From Candidatus Tenderia sp. (lineage in GTDB: Bacteria; Pseudomonadota; Gammaproteobacteria; Tenderiales; Tenderiaceae): 64,000 bases of DNA. Below the pieces are notes generated by a model. It was given only the letters and a program-made list of their open reading frames with translations, was not told the DNA's origin and did no database searches. Location: positions 97,669 to 161,668 of the forward strand of contig JANOSY010000024.1 of NCBI GenBank assembly GCA_031416075.1. The letters run 5' to 3'. Shown here piece by piece: positions 61,835-64,000 of this stretch; position 1 is the stretch's first letter, and every line of letters begins with the position of its first letter. The position numbers and the translations under genes are program-made.

Positions 61835-64000
61835 GCATGAGGCGGAGTAAAGAGAACATGTGGCTGAGTAAAGACGCTTTCCTAAAAGCCGTGTTGACTA
61901 CCATCGTCGCGGTCATGGCAGCGATACCAGGACCAAGCTATGCCCTCAAGATCAACACCCACATCTGGGTGGGTCAACAGGTGATCAACGACCTTTCGGA
62001 TGACGGGAGGATCAGCATCCTGCTGCGTGGACAGATCGTCACGCTACCGGTCCCGGAACACGTAAAGAACGCAATTCTCATGAACAAGAACGAATATCTC
62101 TTGGGCCATATAGGGCCGGACGCCTTGCCTGACATAGTCGTCGGCCAATCGACTCTCCACCCAGGAAGCAAGACCGGTTGGAAAGCCAACGACTGGATGA
62201 ACTACCTGTTGCGCGCCTCGGCAACCAGCGATATCGGCAAGGCATTTACCTATGGCTACCTTGGCCATGCGGCGGCAGACGTTTTTGCGCATACCTATGT
62301 GAACCAGTATGCCGGCGATCACTTCGATCTTTTCAGCGGTGAGGTGTTGTCTGAGGAGCGCCACATCGCATTGGAAGGCTACATTGGGAAACACACTCCT
62401 GATCTCACAGACAACAATGGATATGGGCTCGGCTTGCCGCAGCATGTCGTTCAACCGAGCGATGCGCTGGCGGCCTTCGTTCGAGATCAGATGATCTATG
62501 CACCGCAAGCGCAGGAGGAATACGGCCGCAGTGGATACGCAGGACATTTAGTTGCCTTTAGCCGCTACCGATCCGCCATCGATCGATTGGCGGAAGACGG
62601 GGTTTGGCGGCAGATAGATATCGCCGTCGCAAGGTACATTGGCGCGCAATACGGCGTAGCGCTCAGCAGCGAGGAAGCAGGGCGGGTCGTCGATGAGATT
62701 GCCCGCCTGAACTCGAAAATCAATCAGGGCATCAATCTCACTCAGGCGGAGATCAACGATCTGAATGCCCGCATCAGTGCCCTGGACCTCAGGTTCGCGC
62801 AACGGGCAAAGGATGCGTTTGACCGCGTGTCGAGCCTCGAGGCAGGTCTGCTCAGCGCACAGAACGAACTGGAACAGCTGCTGGTCACAAAAGTATGCGA
62901 ACAGGTGGACGAAGTCTGCCGTGTGCCTGTGCCTGGCATCACTTGCAAATGGTATGGATGCTGGCCCACCGTACGCTATGTCACCGACCCGGTATGCGCC
63001 GCAACGTTCAGGGCGGCATGCCGGACAACGCAGACCTTGATCTCTCTGCGCAACGATGCGCAACAGCGATTGTTCGAACGGCGGGGGCAGCTTGCCGCTG
63101 AACTGTTGAGCCTGCATGCCGAGATGGTCAGTGCACGCAGCTCGGCGCTGGTATTGACAGATGCCTTTTTCGACGTTCTGCAGATTCCGACACAGGGATC
63201 GTCGCCGATTCAAGCGGTGCTTCGTAACTGGCGTTCGGATGTCGACCTCGCGTTCGCGGCCTATGTAAAGGCGGCGTCGCAATCGATAATTAACACGATG
63301 GATTCCTATCCCAGGGTAAGTGCCATTGAACCCATGCAGCGCTGGCTGGATTGCTATGGCCCTGCATTGCAGGGCGTACCCGTGTTCGTTAGCGGTTGTG
63401 AGACGCGGGACGCTGCGCTACGGATCATGCGCACTTTAGATCGTCTCGCAAAACTCCCGGCGGACTCTCTCGCGATCGGTCTCGGACTGCCAACGTCGAC
63501 ACAGATCAAGGACTTGATGGCGCGGGTCCAGGCCGACGTGATGGTCGAAATCAAGGATCAGGTCGCAAACGGGCTCATTCGTCTGCTCCCGGAGAAGTTC
63601 CAAGGCATCCTGGAAGTGTTGTCCGAAAACATGTCGGCCGATCGCCTTCAGTACTACTTCTCGAAACCGGAGTCGGCGCCCAGTATTGGCTTGATCACCA
63701 TTCCTGATATCGCGCAACGCGTCGACCGTGAGATGGTCACGAACGGCAAGAACTTCGATCCGCAGAAGTTTGCTGCCGTACACAACGGAGTGGTCTTGTC
63801 CAAGCTAGCTCTGCTTGACAATGCCGGGCTGAATCAGCTAGCCCAGCTGGCAGGCGTGACCGTCGACGCAAATGGTTCACCCACTTTCGCAGGCACGGAG
63901 AACATCGTTGCCGATGCCTTCGTGAGCCTGGATGGCAATCATCAATGGCTTGACGTTGCACCGGCAAGACCCACCGCATTCGGTTTCCCTCCGCGTCGCT
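61831..64000 (+). CDS. Large secreted Zn-dependent phospholipase C/P1-nuclease-family protein (>720 aa, runs off the window; absent from the ORF track)
   Basis: Open frame from 61831 to the window end. GGAGG RBS, signal peptide ending SYA, then LKINTH, GHIGPDALPD, GYLGHAAADVFAHTYVN and RHIALE (Zn-ligand pattern). Confidence 0.85.
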   Translation, partial: MSMRRSKENMWLSKDAFLKAVLTTIVAVMAAIPGPSYALKINTHIWVGQQVINDLSDDGRISILLRGQIVTLPVPEHVKNAILMNKNEYLLGHIGPDALPDIVVGQSTLHPGSKTGWKANDWMNYLLRASATSDIGKAFTYGYLGHAAADVFAHTYVNQYAGDHFDLFSGEVLSEERHIALEGYIGKHTPDLTDNNGYGLGLPQHVVQPSDALAAFVRDQMIYAPQAQEEYGRSGYAGHLVAFSRYRSAIDRLAEDGVWRQIDIAVARYIGAQYGVALSSEEAGRVVDEIARLNSKINQGINLTQAEINDLNARISALDLRFAQRAKDAFDRVSSLEAGLLSAQNELEQLLVTKVCEQVDEVCRVPVPGITCKWYGCWPTVRYVTDPVCAATFRAACRTTQTLISLRNDAQQRLFERRGQLAAELLSLHAEMVSARSSALVLTDAFFDVLQIPTQGSSPIQAVLRNWRSDVDLAFAAYVKAASQSIINTMDSYPRVSAIEPMQRWLDCYGPALQGVPVFVSGCETRDAALRIMRTLDRLAKLPADSLAIGLGLPTSTQIKDLMARVQADVMVEIKDQVANGLIRLLPEKFQGILEVLSENMSADRLQYYFSKPESAPSIGLITIPDIAQRVDREMVTNGKNFDPQKFAAVHNGVVLSKLALLDNAGLNQLAQLAGVTVDANGSPTFAGTENIVADAFVSLDGNHQWLDVAPARPTAFGFPPRR

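Noticed and set aside
61974-63979. Minus-strand ORFs at the right end
   Set aside because: Shadows of the uninterrupted plus-strand frame starting at 61831.

Overview
A gammaproteobacterial chromosomal window, mostly housekeeping and metabolic genes, with a decayed accessory segment at the right end. 1-18.8 kb holds the conserved leuCDB-asd-usg-fimV block with a divergent LysR regulator, a VWA/membrane-protein pair, an MCP, rlmKL, fabAB and tsaA. 18.9-22.2 kb holds a TonB-dependent receptor, a binding-protein-like partner and an unannotated 33-aa membrane peptide. 22.4-47.9 kb holds branched-chain amino acid and propionate catabolism (acyl-CoA dehydrogenase, 2-oxoacid dehydrogenase E1a/E1b/E2 without E3, prpBCD, thiolase, liuB/C/E without liuD, acetoacetyl-CoA synthetase, AcuI-like reductase). 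It is interrupted by a YgiB/YgiC/DUF350/GFA/methyltransferase operon and a PilZ plus degenerate-EAL pair. 48-58.4 kb holds tRNA-Ala/Glu/Glu, glnS, gltX and addAB. 58.4-64 kb holds a DUF5658-like gene, a broken PEP-CTERM/prsT locus, IS4 and RAYT remnants, two MITE-like elements, and a large secreted Zn-phospholipase-C-family protein running off the edge. Two real genes are missing from the ORF track because they cross the window edges (fimV and the PLC-family gene). The most notable signals are: (1) a 28-nt hairpin micro-element with compensatory substitutions inserted into two unrelated REP-type repeats; (2) a ~315-nt promoter-to-terminator, hairpin-dense unit between addA and gltX (candidate sRNA or type-I-toxin-like mRNA); (3) the PLC-family protein carrying a coiled-coil stalk tipped by a 6-Cys aromatic knob; (4) the extended YgiBC peptide-ligation-like operon. 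All family calls come from motifs recognised by eye; no database search was run.
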